A stretch of 64,000 nucleotides of DNA, taken from positions 26,412,001 to 26,476,000 of the forward strand of contig CM069164.1 in NCBI GenBank assembly GCA_035221665.1. Direction: 5' to 3'. The translations under genes were made by a program, and so were the position numbers. The DNA is from Okamejei kenojei (lineage: Eukaryota). Below, one piece after another: positions 52,823-63,409 of the stretch (positions within the stretch are counted from its first letter, which is position 1; the number at the start of each line of letters is the position of its first letter). The notes under the pieces were generated by a model, which was not told the origin of the DNA, made no database searches, and worked only from the letters and a program-made list of their open reading frames with translations.

Positions 52823-53165
52823 GGTCGTAAGATCATAAGTGATAGGAGCAGAATTAGGCCATTTGGCCCATCAAGTCTACTCCGCCATTCAATCATGGTT
52901 GATCAAAGTTTCTTTCCTGACCCCATTCTCCTGCCTTCTCCCCATAACCTCTGACACCCGTACTAATTAAGAATCTATCTATCTCTGCTTTAAAAATATC
53001 CATTGACATGGCCTCCGCTGCTTTCTATGGCAATTAATTCCACAGATTCACAACCCTCTGACTAAAGAAATTCCTCATCTCCTTCCTAAATGAACGTCCT
53101 TTCATTCCGAGGCTATGACCACTGGTCCTAGTCTCGCCCACTAGTGGAAACATCCTCCCCATGTC
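52823..53165 (-). mobile_element. CR1 LINE 3' fragment
   Basis: Same family as 13400-13878. Confidence 0.85.
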
Positions 53166-53432
53166 CAAGCAAAGACAGGGTCCAATATATTAATCGACAT
53201 TGAGAAGATCAAGGAGTGCGAGGAAAAGGCAGGAAAGTGAAGCTGATGTTATTTGTTTAGCTACAATATTGAATAATAGAGTTGTCTTGGTGGGCTGTGT
53301 GCGGCTAAACAGCCCACATCTGCGTCTATTCTTTACTTTAACATCTCAAAGTGGAGCCGACAGCCAGCTAATGGACATTATCTTGGTGTAGTGGTTGAAG
53401 TTGAATCAGCTGGAGTGTCACTGAGTTAGTTA

Positions 53433-53609
53433 AGGGCCTGTCCCACCAAATGATATTGAACATTTCAAAATCCAGCGGCGACAAAAAAATGTTGCGACAC
53501 TTGAAAAAACACCACGCGTCGCGCTGCGTCACTGCCGCATCACGCCGCAAATACTTTGGGGACCTGACACCGGCAGTCACCGAAAAAATCGACAAGTGGA
53601 ACAGGCCCT
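53433..53609. mobile_element. PIF/Harbinger-type MITE (177 bp)
   Basis: TIRs AGGGCCTGTCCCAC/GTGGAACAGGCCCT; TTA TSD at 53430-53432 and 53610-53612. Confidence 0.88.
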
Positions 53610-54846
53610 TTAAGCAATGTGTTGATCGCATTGTTGGATGGAATCAAATCAGCAAAGCCGATTTGTGTTTGCACTTTGGAAAAGTTCATTCAGAAATACG
53701 ATGGTACCAGGCTGGTTTGGGTACGCTGTCAATAATAGTCTTTGTTCCAGCAGCCAATTTGAGGATGCAAAGCTGGCACATGGTAGAAGAAACTCTTCCA
53801 GAATTTATCTGTCTCACATACCCCAGTAGTTTTCTCATTACTTGAGAATATGACTTGGATTGTCTTCCATCAGGCATCAATATAAAATCTTTTCCATGAA
53901 AATGCTCACAAAAATATATTTTAGGAAGCTTTTTAAAAAGTATGTCATGGATATGTTGGTTCAAGTGTATGGGTTGGCATTGGTTTACTTAGCCGTGTTG
54001 GAAATGGTCAAATACATATTAGAACTGGATGAGATTTGGACAAGACCCAGCGATTAGTCAACTTTCTCACTGTTGGAAACTGGATGAGAATTTTATCAAC
54101 ACTTCTAAGGTCCCTGTGGTTCATCTAACACTCAACCATATGCTATAACATTGCTGGTACAATTCTCCAAAAGGAGGTTGAAACATTAGAACTTTTGTTT
54201 CTTTTTTGTTAATTACTTCAATGTATTTTCTCAAGTGTTCAGGGGAAAAAAAGTTCATCTTTCCAATCTTCAGAAGAAAATATATTTCATTAAATATTTT
54301 TGCCTTTTTGGCGATAGTAATTTCTACACACGACTGCATGTAAAGTCATGATGTGTAGGAAGGAACGGCAGATGCCGGTTTAAACCAAAGATAGACACAA
54401 AAAGCTGGAGCAACTCAGCGGGTCAGACGGCATCTCTGGAGAAAAGGAATAGGAGACCATTCTTCAAACTGTATCTTTATATCGCTCAGAGACACAAAAT
54501 GCTGGAGTAACTCAGCAGGACAGGCAGCATCTCTGGAGAGAAGGAATGGGTGACGTTTCAGGTCGAGACCCTTCTTCAGACTCCCATTTTTCTTTCCCCA
54601 GACTCTCAGTCTGAAGAAGGATCTCGACCAGAAACGTCGCTTATTCCTTCTCTCCAGAGATGCTGCCTGACCCAATGAGTTACTCCAAATTTTTGTGTCT
54701 ATAAAAATACACGAGTTACTGAAAAGTAGGATCAACAATAAGGACAAGTTGACTCTACCTTTAAATATGCTGCACATTTAGGTTGGGACATTTCTAATTT
54801 TTGTAAAAGAAAATGTGTCATTGTTAAATGTGCTTTTATAGTACAG

Positions 54847-55007
54847 ATCTTCTTATCGAGTCCACATCACAAGATTAGAAATTGTTCAGCCAGGGCTGAA
54901 CACACTTCTCGGCATCTGCATACAATGGCGCCTTGCGCTTCTTGTGCGTGGTAGTGGAAAGATTGGTGGAAACAGGGCCGCCACGTGAACACTCTTTCCT
55001 TGACCCC
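54847..55007 (-). mobile_element. Family-B short retroposon with an HDV-like ribozyme head
   Basis: 9-bp TSD ATAGTACAG/ACAGTACAG (54838-54846, 55008-55016), AAGAAGA tail, and an HDV-like fold at the 5' end. Confidence 0.75.
54956..55007 (-). ncRNA. Putative P4-less HDV-like ribozyme (degenerate P3)
   Basis: GGGGTC-AA-GGAAAGA-GTG-TTCACGT-GGC-GGCCCT-GTTTCCA-CCAA-TCTTTCC. Confidence 0.6.
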
Positions 55008-55629
55008 ACAGTACAGTTGCTGACATAGAATATTTTTTTAAAACATCGAGCTGCACTCTGGAGCAGTGGTAGAGTTGATGCCTTACAGTGCCAGAGACCC
55101 GGGTTTGATCCTGACTACGGGTGTTGTCTTTACGGAGTTTGTACTTTCTCCTGGTAACCTGCGTGAGTCCACTTTCCGCCAACACTCCAAAGCCATACAG
55201 GTATGTAGGTTAATTGGCTCTGTAAAATTGTAAATTGGTCCCAGTTTGTGTAGGATAGTGTTCATGTACGGTGATCGCCAGTCGGCGTGGACTGGGTAGG
55301 TCAAAGGGCATGTTTCCGCACTGTATCTCTAAACTAAACAAATCTAATTTAACAAATTAACATGATTTCTTTACGGAAACCTAGTGATTTCTCCTCTGTT
55401 GACGAGGGATCTAATAGAGCAAATCTCCATGGGTTACTTTCACAAAGAGCATTCACAGTGCACTGATAAGCATCAGGTCTGATCTCGTAGACATTAAGCT
55501 ATTGTGTTGTGGTCTCCATAGACAGCACTTGAAACAGACAGCATTTAACAAAAGAGTGGCCTACATCTGTATCCTAATTATCGAGGCATGCATAGATAAC
55601 ACAAACATTTCTAAACCAACAGCAATTTA

Positions 55630-55917
55630 GATTACAAAAAATACTGGAGAAACTCAGCAGGTGAGGCGGCATCTATGGAGAAAAGGAGTAGGCGACGTTT
55701 CGGGTCTTCAGACTGATGTCGGAGGGGGGGGGGGGAGGCAGGAAAAGGAAAGGAAGAGGCGGAGACAGTAGACTCTGTGGGAGAGCTGGGAAGGGGGAGG
55801 GGAAGGAGGGAGAAAGCAAGTACTACGTGAAATTAGCGGTTAATGTTCATACCGCCGGGGTGTAAACTACCCAAACAAAATATGAGGTGTTGTTCCTCCA
55901 ATTTGGGCTGGGCCTCA
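55630..55917 (-). mobile_element. Penelope-like element 3' end
   Basis: EAQPKLEEQHLIFCLGSLHPGGMNI (end of the 55833-56027 ORF). Confidence 0.8.
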
Positions 55918-56830
55918 TTTAGTTTAGTTTTAGTATTGAGATACAGTGTGGAAACAAGCCTTTCGGCCACCGAGTCTGCACCGACCAGCGATCCCCGCAC
56001 ATTAACACTATCCCACACCAGGGACAATTTTTACATTTATACCAAACCTCAGCTGGTCGGGCAGCACCTCTGGAGAAATGTGTTGCACCATGTTGATATT
56101 CTTCCCATTTCTTCCTTCTTAGCTACTGCTGCACAGTGAGGTGACATGCGATCTATTTACAACATGACAACATTAATTTTCAATTTTTGCACTCTCCTTT
56201 CAAACCTCGTTTTCATCAACAATGCCGATAACTGTTTAAAACCAACAAAGGATATTGTGGAAATGAATAAATAACCTTGTTCAGTGTGCGTTGCATTAGT
56301 TAGGAAGACCCTTTTGTCAGAGTCAGTTCAAGGACATCATATTTCTCAGCTGTGGAATATACGGTCATGTGTCCAAACACTTAGCAGCTTCACAAAATGT
56401 AAAAGAGGATTGAGACAGAAGCTGAAAGTGAAATTAAGAAGTTTAGTTTAGTTTATTGACATGTACACCGAGGTACAGTGAAAAGTTTTATTTGCGATTT
56501 AACCAATGCTGACAGCAATAGGCAGTGGGCTCGAGAGCAGTGCTGAACTACTGTTACGACTCCCGAATGCAGGTACTTCAGAGCCGCGTAACATAGTCAA
56601 AAACCAGGCTCAAGTTCAAGAAAATAGTATTTTATTTAGTTAAAACCCAAACCTGATTCAAACAACCCTGTCAAGGACAAGAATAAACTAATAAACAAAG
56701 ATAACAGTGCTCCAGCCAGCCTCGCAATGGGCCGTCGGACTAGAGTCTCTAACCTGCCTAAATGGAAATAACCCTGAAACAAAATACACGAAAACGGCCG
56801 TAACCCAACAATTACCCGGCCTGAAACCAA

Positions 56831-57814
56831 CTAGGATTGCCCAACAAACTCAGTTTTATGAGTCAATACATACTCATCTGCTAACACCGTGGCCTTAGAC
56901 ACCTCCGTCACTTTGGGCTCATTAAGGTAAGTAGCAACCCTCTCAGGGAGACAGTTCTTAAAGTCTTCCATAATCATCTAGGCCCGCAGCAGCTCAAAAT
57001 CCTTCACTCCTTGAAAAGTGCACCATCTGTCAAAAAGTGCCTCCTTCTCCCAAGCAAACTCCACATAAGTCTGACTATCAAACTTCCTAAAGCACCGGAA
57101 CTTCTGCCGGTACACCTCTGGAACCAATTCATAAGCCCTTAAAACCGTAGACTTCACACACTCATTGTCCCGACTGTTGTCAACAGACAACGACGAGTAC
57201 ACCTCCTGTGCTTTACCCACAAGGACACTCTGCAATAGCAAGGACCACATGTCCCTAGGCCATTTCAAGGACGAAGCTGTCCATTCAAACACTGCGAAAT
57301 ACTTGTCCACATCCTTCTCATTAAACGGGGGAACCAGGCGGATGTTCTTGCTCATATCAAACTCCTGTTCCCTAGAAGAAACTCGGGAGGCATTCAATTC
57401 CTTCTCCTGCAGCTCAAGGCGTTTCATTTCAAGCATGAGCTCTTTCTCTCTTAAGGCCCTCTCCTCCTTTTTCATTTCAAGCTCTGATTGGAGCTCTTTC
57501 TCTCTTATTTCAAGCTCTTTCGCTCTTAAGGCCCTCTCCTCCTTTTTCATTTCAAGCTCTAACTCCTTCAATCGAATGGGGTCCCCCATTTCCTGACTAG
57601 GCTTTGTAGAAGATAGAGGACTGTCTGCACCAGCAGGCAATACCCCACTCCTCACCAACGCAGACCATAACTCCAACTTTATAGCCTCTTTCTTCAAATG
57701 CTTATCACTAGGCACCTTATAGGTGTCTGCCAGCATACACAAATGCTCCTTGGTACATTTATTAAACAACTCCCAACTAGGAGCCTCAGTAAATTCCTGT
57801 ACTTTAAACTCCAT
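56831..57814 (-). pseudogene. gag: gag of a Gmr1-like retrotransposon with a SCAN-like capsid C-terminal domain; premature stop at 56978-56980
   Basis: RLVPPFNEKDVDKYFAVFE..KWPRDMWSLLLQSVLVGKAQEVY..RAYELVPEVYRQKFR; in frame after the TAG: MIMEDFKNCLPERVATYLNEPKVTEVSKATVLADEYVLTHK. Confidence 0.88.
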
Positions 57815-57968
57815 ATCAAATGTAGGACCAAACCACCAGCCAAACCCTGGTCACAAATGTTACTCAAATGGAAGAGGGAAAAAAATCTCCTCACAACACA
57901 GACTTCCTCAGTCCGCAGAAGTCTACCAAAAAAAACCCAAGACTGTCTAGGGTCCTCAAAGCTTCGCT

Positions 57969-57978
57969 CGAGCCCCCA
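57969..57978 (-). other. Primer-binding site, tRNA-Pro type
   Basis: TGGGGGCTCG 3 nt downstream of the 5' LTR; identical to the first 10 nt of the tRNA-Pro PBS (TGGGGGCTCGTCC..). Confidence 0.85.
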
Positions 57979-57981
57979 TTT

Positions 57982-58553
57982 TGTTACGACTCCCGAATGC
58001 AGGTACTTCAGAGCCGTGTAACATAGTCAAAAACCAGGCTCAAGTTCAAGAAAATAGTATTTTATTTAGTTAAAACCCAAACCTGATTCAAACAACCCAG
58101 TCAAGGACAAGAATAAACTAATAAACAAAGATAACAGTGCTCCAGCCAGCCTCGCAATGGGCCGTCGAACTAGAGTCTCCAACCTGCCTAAATGGAAATA
58201 ACCCCTAAACAAAATACACGAAAACCCTCAGGTCAGCCCTTATCCGTCCCAATTCAATATTAATTGACAAATGTAGGTAATAATACACAAAGTTCTATGC
58301 CATGTGGCCAGGCCTCCTGCAGTTCAGAATACAGTCTATTCATGAGTCAGGGTCGACGAAGAGAGAGAGAATTCTGGGAGACTCCTGGTATTTAAGCTTT
58401 CGATGAGTCACCCGTCACCTGACGCAGCTTGGCCAATCGGGTACAGGAACCCTTAACCCTTGATTCCTGACTCCCAGCCACGGGGCCTGCACTCAGGAGA
58501 GAAACAGAAGAGTTAGGTACATAGCATTCACCAGGGGGGGAGAGTACCTAACA
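57982..58553 (-). repeat. 5' LTR (572 bp)
   Basis: TGTTAG..TAACA; AATAAA ~80 nt from its 3' end; CCAAT at ~58433; TGAGTCA (AP-1) at ~58343 and ~58404. Confidence 0.9.
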
Positions 58554-59458
58554 ACTACCATCTACCTCTTTGGTGACCCTTGCACTATCCTGTTAATGGA
58601 TCGATTGCAACCATGTATAGTCACTCCGCTGACTGGTTAGCACACAAGAAAAGCTTTTCACTTTGGTACACTTGACAATAAACTAAACTGAATTGAACGA
58701 ACCAGTCAGCGGAAATATGATGCATGATTACAATCGAGCCATTACAGTGTACAGATACATGATAATGGAATAATGTTCAGTGCAAGGTAAAGCCAGCAAA
58801 GTCCGATCAAAGATAGTCCGGGGGGTCACCAATGAGGTAGATAGTTCATTAATCTTGAGCAGCATATTATGCAAACTGGAATTGGTTTTGTGAAGTCTGT
58901 AGAGAGCTGAGGAAAATACATTCCATATAAAGGTAGTAAGTCTGAAAAATACTGGACCAGTTTAAAATAGAATTGACATTATTCCAATGAAAATTATATA
59001 TGGGTTATGAAATTATGCATTGATACTGGAAGTGTTTTACGTGTAACAGAACAAGCTGGAGTGGTGTGCTGGTGCCCACAAATAGTTAAAAACAAGTTTT
59101 TCAGATGTTTAGTATTTTTAATATTACTGAACGATTTCTCAGTTTCAACAAAAATGATTACTGAAATGAGGTGGCTTAGAGCACAACAATCCACGACCAG
59201 ACATGAACGACAAAGAGAACAATATATGTACTGGCACCCTTTAGTTACTTTTAAGATGCAGATACAGCGTGGAAACAGGCCATTCGGCCCATTGAGTCTG
59301 CGCCGATTAGCGACCACACCTTGCATTAACACCATTCTACACACTAGGGACAATTTACAATTTTACCTAAACCAATTAACCTGCAGATCTGCACGTCTTT
59401 GGAGTGTGGGAGGAAACCGGAGCTGCTGGAGAAAACCCACACAGGTCACGGGGAGAAC

Positions 59459-59512
59459 GGGGTGAAAGATTGCAACCTTCACGTGGTCCGCCCTGTTTCG
59501 ACTAATGCAATC
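59459..59512 (+). ncRNA. Putative P4-less HDV-like (CPEB3-type) self-cleaving ribozyme
   Basis: P1 59459-65/59488-94 with G1.U, P2 GATTGCA/TGCAATC, P3 ACC/GGT, L3 TTCACGT, J4/2 C(59502)TAA. Confidence 0.75.
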
Positions 59513-59596
59513 AACTCGACCTGCACAAACAGAAGATCAAATAGAACAAGTTGCCCTACAACTTTAGGCTGTGCACGCCACACGAAAAAGAAGAAG
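59459..59596 (+). mobile_element. Family-A short retroposon with an HDV-like ribozyme head, inserted in a V-SINE (59255-59705, -)
   Basis: TSD ACGGGGAGAAC/ACGGGGAGAAT (59448-59458, 59597-59607) duplicates host SINE sequence; (AAG)n tail. Confidence 0.88.
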
Positions 59597-60123
59597 ACGG
59601 GGAGAATGTACAAACTCTGTACAGATAGAACCCGTAGTCAGGTTTGAACCTGGGTCTCTGGCACTGGAAGGCAGCAACTCTACCACTACACTACTGTGCC
59701 ACCCCTTCAAAAAGTCTACTAAGGTTTCAACAAAAATGTTTTACTTAAATTAGGCAGGTTACAGGACTACCATTGTCATAGGCACCAACATTAAGGAACA
59801 ATATATGTATTGTCATGTTCATATCTAGAGAAATGCAGGAGATATTGCCGTTGGGTTATAATTGTTATGTGTACTAAGGTACAGTGGAACATTTGATTTA
59901 TGTGTTATCCAGTCAAATTATACCATAGATGAGTACATCAACTCCATGTGCAAAGTGCCCGAGTAACTCAGCAGGTCAGGTGGCATCTGTGGAGAAAAAG
60001 GATGGGTGACGTTTCGGGTTGGGACCCTTCTTCATACCTGAACTAACAGGTGCAGACTTAATACGTCACCGATCCTTTTGCTCCAGAGATGCTGCCTGAC
60101 CTGCTGAGTTACTCCAACGCTAT

Positions 60124-60909
60124 TGTAAATACACTCGTCTAAAGCTTACCCCTCTAGTCTAGGTCAGTAAAAAACACTGACTCAAGCACTGGACCAACTA
60201 AACTTTATTTTTAGATTGAACAGCAAATTTCCCTATACGATACCTAAACCACCGCGGGTTTGATCCTTGTCTCTGTCTGGCCAAGCCCTTCAGCCTCGTG
60301 CAGGCAGACACACTCCAAAAGGTCATGCAGTCCCAAGCATCCCTCCAGAAGATCAGCATTGATCTAAACTGGGGTTACCTTTTTATAGGTCCATGAACCT
60401 TGAGGGGACGAACTGCATATGGGTGGTCTCTTTACAGTCCAATCAAACACATTAATTACATCAATACATTATTGACAGTTCCCCAAACCAATTACAAAGA
60501 TTTTCACACAATGTTTCTTGCAGAAGCTTCTGGAAGGAAGCTAACTAACTGAATGATGCAACATTTACCCTGGAACTCAAAGCAATCCTGCCAGGGCTTA
60601 ACACTTGGGCCAATCAACTTACAGCAGGGTAACTGTATTTCAACATTATTGACATTATTTATAATTCCTTTGCAGCAATCCAATCATATCAATGCATTTA
60701 AGTTTGTTTGCAGAGTTTTAATACATATTATCAATTAAGGGGAAATGAGGAGAACACCTGGATCTTTTACCATCCTGTATATCAATCTGAGGCTCAGACT
60801 GGTCGGCGCCATCCACAACCTGTAATTTTCTACTGATGAAGGTTAAGCAATTCTGACGAGTGCAGGGATTCTCCATTTTATAGTGTCTTTAATTTGGTCA
60901 ATATTAACA
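60124..60909 (-). mobile_element. Probable solo LTR (786 bp) inserted in a PLE fragment
   Basis: Termini TGTAAATA/TATTAACA; CTAT/CTCT flanks (3/4 match); minus-strand TATAAAAG ~60379-60387 and AATAAA ~60204; the host PLE tail resumes at 60910. Confidence 0.65.
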
Positions 60910-61443
60910 CTCTGTGTCTGTCTTTGGTATAAACCACCATCTGCAGCTCTTTGATTCTATGTATAGGCACAAGCAGAAGAGACGGTGCAAAGAGAAACGA
61001 ACAAGAGTTTAGAACACATTTGAACATAAGCACTGAAGCTTCAGTACTTAAGAGATGTGTCACATCTCACAAGTTGCAGGCAGGGATATTAAGGAGTGAG
61101 TACTTTAGGCTTTTACTAGGACTCCATTCCTCGGAGCGCAGAAGGATGAGGGGTGATCTTATAGTCAGACTCTGAAGAAGGGTCTCGACCCGAAACGTCG
61201 CCCATTCCGAATATCCAGAGGTGCTGCCCACCCCGCTGAGTTACTCCAGCAATTTGTGTCTATCTTCATGCAAATATCTCTGCCAGGCCACCACTAATTT
61301 CTTCCACTTTCCCAATCTGCCACGGGCTCAGTGGACAAACATCTGGCAGCATTGCCACGATTCTTGATCTTCGTTGTGAGATAACACGGAACCATGTTGG
61401 GGTGGAGGGGGTTTCCCCCATTTTTGTTTCTTTTGACTTCATG

Positions 61444-61755
61444 AGGGCTGCAGGGTGATGCAACAGTAGAGTTGCTGCCTCACGGCGCCAGAGACCCGGG
61501 TTCCATCCTGACTACGGGGGCTTGTCTCTACCTTCTCCCCGTCACCTGCACGGGTTTTCCTCGGGTGCTCTGGTTTCCTCCCACACTCCAAATACGTACA
61601 GGTTTGCAGGCTAATTCGCTTTGGTTCAAATTGTAAAAATTGTCAGTAGTGCGTGTGGGAGAGTGTTAATATGCCAGGGTCGCTGGTCGGTGCGGACTCG
61701 GTGGGCCGAGGGTCCTGTCTCCGCGCTGTGTCTCTAATCTAAACTAAAAACTAAA
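61444..61755 (+). mobile_element. V-SINE (HE1-like)
   Basis: A/B boxes, V-domain and tail present. Confidence 0.82.
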
Positions 61756-61781
61756 CATCGAGGAGGAGATGAGAAAGCAAC

Positions 61782-62008
61782 CAGCCGCAGTGACATGAAC
61801 ATTGACTTCTCCAATTTCAGGTAGTCCTTGCTTTCCCCCACTTTCCCCTCTCCTTCCCAGCTCTCCCATTGTCTCCGCCTCTTCCTTTCTTCTTCCCGCC
61901 CCACCCCCCCACATCAGTCTGAAGAAGGGTCTCGACCCGAAACGTCACCTGTTCCTTCGCTCCATAGATGCTGCCTCACCCGCTGAGTTTCTCCGGCATT
62001 TCTGTCTA
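61782..62008 (+). mobile_element. Penelope-like element 3' end in sense orientation
   Basis: MNIDFSNFR* at 61795-61824, a pyrimidine-rich UTR, a hammerhead core, then a ~60-nt tail. Confidence 0.8.
61919..61946 (+). ncRNA. Minimal type-I hammerhead ribozyme motif of a PLE
   Basis: CUGAAGA-A-GGGUC(UC)GACCC-GAA-ACGU-C; an identical core is at 61172-61199 (+) and 1902-1929 (-). Confidence 0.65.
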
Positions 62009-63089
62009 ACCACAGTGACACAATATAACTCCAAGTGTCCCTGCACCAAACAACACCCGAGTCACCTGAATTAAATTCACAGGGTCTTGATTCAAGAGTG
62101 ATTAATTGTAATTTGAGAGATTACCAGAAAATAGATCCACCCTTCATGAAACAAATTTCATTTAGATTGATCACATTCATTTTGCGCTTTTCAGTTGGAA
62201 TCAGATAACTTGTCCAGGCGTTTGCAGACACCACAATAGCAGTAACGTGGTGCTTCCTGCAACATGTGGTGCACTAATACAGACAGACAGTGACACAAAG
62301 CACTTGTTTTCTTTTAAACAAGATTTCGGATCTTGAACATACAACGGCTCTGTTGTCACAAGCGAAACCCGATCAAAATTCCACCTTTAATGGCAGAAAC
62401 GTCAGAGTAAAAGGATCTACCGTAACGGAAGTCCCAGTGAAAGAAAATACAGGTGTGCAGGATTCTGTGTCAGAGGGAGAGTTTAATCAGAGTCCCCGGA
62501 GAGGGAAAGCAGGGCCATGGGCTGGGGGTAGAATATGACCCACTCAATAGGGAGCTGTAGGTTTGCAATAGCAAGCTCTTAATTCCTGCTCAGGGAGTTT
62601 GAATAACGTGTTATCATCCTCCGAGTTTAATTCACATGACAGACAGAAACTGTCTCAACAGCTGCTTGTAAGAACTGAGACATTTGCTGGAGTCGTCCTC
62701 GAGGTATTTACGAAGAGTTTTAATGTGGAATTGAATTACATTTTATCGGAAGCCGCTTTTGTTTGCTGCCGCCGTGCAGATGCGTTATTGAGATGTTGGC
62801 CCAGTTTTTATTGTCACTGGCTGAGAAGCACCAGTTACTGTTAGCCTCGTAGGAGGCAGCAGCCGGCCACCCACCCACAGAGATGTCAAGGGCAGTGATC
62901 CCCCCCCCCCCCCCCACCATCCCTGTGACTTCTTGTGTCATTTTTAGTGTATCTCAGAGCACTGATGTCACCAGCCTGGTTGACCTCCCAATCACAACAC
63001 AAAATGCTGGAGGAATTCAGTGGGTGGATGGGTGATGGTTTGTGTCGTGACCCTTCTTCACACCCTGAAGACCCCTTCTTCAGACTTTA

Positions 63090-63409
63090 ATTTTTAGTTT
63101 AGTTTAGAGATACAGCGTGGAAACAGGAGGCTCTACGGCCCATCGAGCCCGCGCTGACCAGCGATCCCCGCGCATTAACACCACCCTACACACACACACT
63201 CGGGACAATTTACAATTGTACCAAGCCAATCAACCAACACACCCGTACGTCTTTGGAGAGTGGGAGAAAACCGAAGATCCCGGAGAAAACCCACGCAGGT
63301 CACGGGGAGAACGTACAGACTCCGTACAGACAGCACCCAAAGACAGGATCGAACCCGGGTCCCTGGCGCTGTGAGGCAGCAACTCTACCGCTGCGCCACC
63401 GTGCCGCCC
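63090..63409 (-). mobile_element. V-SINE (HE1-like)
   Basis: Full-length copy, nested between two opposed PLE fragments. Confidence 0.88.

Larger units (their letters stand above)
56552..58553 (-). mobile_element. Internally deleted Gypsy (Gmr1-like) LTR retrotransposon
   Basis: TG..CA termini, 5-bp TSD ACTAC (56547-56551, 58554-58558), 5' LTR 57982-58553, 3' LTR remnant 56552-56795, PBS and gag; pol absent; inserted in a Rex1-like tail. Confidence 0.92.

Noticed and set aside
56780-56810. gag-to-LTR junction as a spliced retrocopy
   Set aside because: The intact LTR has no AG acceptor exactly at the junction, and an RNA lacking the PPT and U3 could not regenerate the full 5' LTR; a post-insertion deletion is simpler.
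57165-57596. 143-aa Ser/Phe-rich plus-strand ORF
   Set aside because: It is the antisense shadow of the gag coiled-coil region.
60798-60817. TGGCGCCGACCAG on the minus strand as a tRNA PBS
   Set aside because: It lies inside the inferred solo LTR rather than just downstream of an LTR end.
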